DNA of 64,000 nt from an uncultured Armatimonadia bacterium (GTDB lineage Bacteria; Armatimonadota; Zipacnadia; CAVVLO01): positions 64,001-128,000 of the forward strand of contig CAVVLO010000005.1 in assembly GCA_963749155.1 (NCBI GenBank), read 5' to 3'. The translations under genes were made by a program, and so were the position numbers. Shown here in pieces: positions 62,045 through 64,000 of this stretch. The notes under the pieces are model-generated. The model saw only the letters and a program-made list of their open reading frames with translations, had not been told where the DNA came from and did not search any database. The first letter of the stretch is position 1. The number at the start of each line of letters is the position of its first letter.

Positions 62045-63174
62045 GGCTGCCTAAAGTGGCTCTGGCGGGAGGCGGCACGGCAGGGCATGTCTTTCCAGCC
62101 CTTGCCACGAAAGAAGCCCTCGAGCAACAGGGGGTAACCGATTTTGTGCTGGTTTCAGACACCCGGGCCTCCGAGAAAGGGTATCTGGCCCCTTTTGGCC
62201 CTCTTCCTGCCTTCTTGATGGCCCCTTCGGGGCTTTCCTATCGGCCTTCTTTGAAAGGCGTTGCCAATGGCTTGCGGCTCTTTTGGGGCGCAGTTCGGTG
62301 CTGGCGCTTTCTGAAGAGGGAGAAAGTCTCTGTTGTATTCGCTACAGGCTCCTATGTTGGCGCCGCGGCGGGGCTTGCGGCAGGCTGGCTTGGTTTACCG
62401 CTGGTCCTCTATGAGGGAGATGCCTCTCCCGGGAGGGCCAACCGGAGGCTGGCCAAAGGGGCAAAAGCCCTTGCGGTTGCCTTTGAGGCGGCAGGCGCTG
62501 CCTTCCCAAAGGGCAAGTGGGTAGTAACTGGCTCGCCAGTCAGGCTGCTTGAGGCGCCTGCCAGTAGACAGGCGGCACGAGAAGCCCTTGGCCTTAACCT
62601 GGAGCTGCCAACCCTCGCTCTGTTCGGAGGCAGCCAGGGCGCTGCCGTGCTTAATGACTTCGCTATCAAATATCTGCTACCAGAAGCCGCCAAAGGTCGC
62701 CTTCAGGTACTGCATCAGTGTGGGGCTGGCAATCTGGAAGCGCTGAAGCAGCGCCTCGAAGGCCGGCCTCTGCCTGCCGGATACTTGCTGACTGGCTTCA
62801 CAAACGAAGTCGGAACCTGGCAAAAAGCTGCGGACCTCGTGCTTTCGAGAGCAGGTTCCGGTACAATTGGCGAATACTGCCTGCTGGGGACTGCTTCAGT
62901 GCTTGTGCCGCTGGAAGCTGGGGCAGGCGGCCACCAGCGTTATAATGCTCAGGCGCTCGCTGAAACTGGCGCTGCGCGGATCGCGGAAGAAGAGCTGGCT
63001 CGTTCAGGCGCCCTGATGGCGCTTTTAGAGGAGTTGCTGGCCTCTCCAGAGGAACTTGATTATATGCGCCAGAAAGCTCTGGCGCTTGCCCGACCCGAGG
63101 CAGCCGCTGATATCGCGCGACTTGTATTACAGGCAGCCCAGGGCAACGAAGGGAGCAGTCCAATTGACAAGTAA
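62041..63174 (+). CDS. murG: Lipid II GlcNAc transferase
   Basis: GGGTAGHVFPA, TGSPVR, GGSQGA, SRAGSGT, HQRYNA. Confidence 0.93.
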   Translation: MRLPKVALAGGGTAGHVFPALATKEALEQQGVTDFVLVSDTRASEKGYLAPFGPLPAFLMAPSGLSYRPSLKGVANGLRLFWGAVRCWRFLKREKVSVVFATGSYVGAAAGLAAGWLGLPLVLYEGDASPGRANRRLAKGAKALAVAFEAAGAAFPKGKWVVTGSPVRLLEAPASRQAAREALGLNLELPTLALFGGSQGAAVLNDFAIKYLLPEAAKGRLQVLHQCGAGNLEALKQRLEGRPLPAGYLLTGFTNEVGTWQKAADLVLSRAGSGTIGEYCLLGTASVLVPLEAGAGGHQRYNAQALAETGAARIAEEELARSGALMALLEELLASPEELDYMRQKALALARPEAAADIARLVLQAAQGNEGSSPIDK

Positions 63175-64000
63175 GACCCACAAATATCATTTGCTTGGCC
63201 TGGGCGGGGCGGGAATGAGCGCCCTGGCTGGCATCCTGCTGGCCCGTGGCTACCAGGTAACCGGCAGCGACCTGAAGGAATCAGCCACCCTGGCCTCGCT
63301 CAAAGCCAAAGGCGCCCATTATTACATCGGTCACTCGGCCGAACAAATCGGCGAGGCTGATATCGTTATCCGGTCAGGCGCGGTTCAGGATGATAATCCC
63401 GAGTTAGTGGCGGCAGCCAAGAAAAAACTGCCAATCCTTTCTCGGGGAGAGGCTATAAGAGAGCTTTTCAAAGGGGCAACCATGCTTGCGGTCAGTGGCT
63501 CGCATGGCAAGTCGAGTACAACCTCGATGCTCGGGCAGGTGTTAACCGAGTTAGGGCTTAATCCCACGGTGCTGGTGGGAGGGTATGTCCAGGCCTTCGA
63601 GGGCAACTACCGCCTGGGCCGCGACGACCTGGTAGTCATCGAAGCCTGCGAATACGACAAGTTTTTTCTTCAGTTGCAGCCAACTTACGCGGCGGTGCTT
63701 AACCTCGAGCTTGAGCATACCGACCAGTATCCAACTCTCTCGGCGGCCGAGCAGGCTTTTCGCCAGTTTGTGCGCCAGACAAGTCCCTCGGGCGGGATTG
63801 TGCTTTGCGCGGACAGTCCTGTAGCCGTTCGCCTGGGTGAAGATTCCCCTGGCCATCTGATTACCTACTCGCTGCATGGCAAGGCGACCTTGTCAGCGCG
63901 CGGTGTCGAGGTAGATGAAGAGGGCAGCCGCTTCCAGGTATTGAAGGAGGGTCGGCTGGTTGCTTCGGCAAGGTTGCCTCTTTATGGCGAGCAGATGATC
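63164..64000 (+). CDS. murC: UDP-MurNAc:L-Ala ligase (3'-truncated by window edge; absent from the ORF track)
   Basis: From TTG 63164: MTSKTHKYHLLGLGGAGMSALA...VTGSD...SGSHGKSSTT...EACEYD; frame open to the window end. Confidence 0.92.
   Translation, partial: MTSKTHKYHLLGLGGAGMSALAGILLARGYQVTGSDLKESATLASLKAKGAHYYIGHSAEQIGEADIVIRSGAVQDDNPELVAAAKKKLPILSRGEAIRELFKGATMLAVSGSHGKSSTTSMLGQVLTELGLNPTVLVGGYVQAFEGNYRLGRDDLVVIEACEYDKFFLQLQPTYAAVLNLELEHTDQYPTLSAAEQAFRQFVRQTSPSGGIVLCADSPVAVRLGEDSPGHLITYSLHGKATLSARGVEVDEEGSRFQVLKEGRLVASARLPLYGEQMI

Overview
Gene-dense, mostly plus-strand bacterial chromosomal window of moderately high GC. The DUF1559/H-X9-DG prepilin, the Firmicutes-like cinA-thpR-recA-recX-rny-ymdB-spoVS block and the many glycan-degrading enzymes suggest Armatimonadota or a relative; this is an inference only. 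Order of content: thrC-purC-apgM-tilS-acyltransferase-hisG; a TPR/TPR/PilZ/queH/HTH/methyltransferase/GT4 block; the recA-rny cluster; a large secreted six-hairpin glycosidase-like protein; leuB and aroF; an accessory carbohydrate region (solute-binding protein, prepilin, two GH106-like, GH151-like, GxGYxYP, beta-helix, ThuA, UroD-like) interleaved with argG, a sigma28-driven chemoreceptor and pdxST; and the dcw cluster (mraZ to a partial murC). I found no tRNA, rRNA, CRISPR array or mobile element. Seven genes are each broken by a single +1 frameshift, probably from sequencing error. The most notable signals are: a 10-bp-periodic YCCW array over the mraZ promoter next to a MraZ with altered DNA-binding motifs; a degenerate RsmH containing a patch of A-ending codons; a large structured RNA between recX and rny; a BldC-like HTH protein with a membrane-tether-like architecture; and a long leader on the chemoreceptor gene. 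All calls come from reading motifs by eye; no database searches were run.
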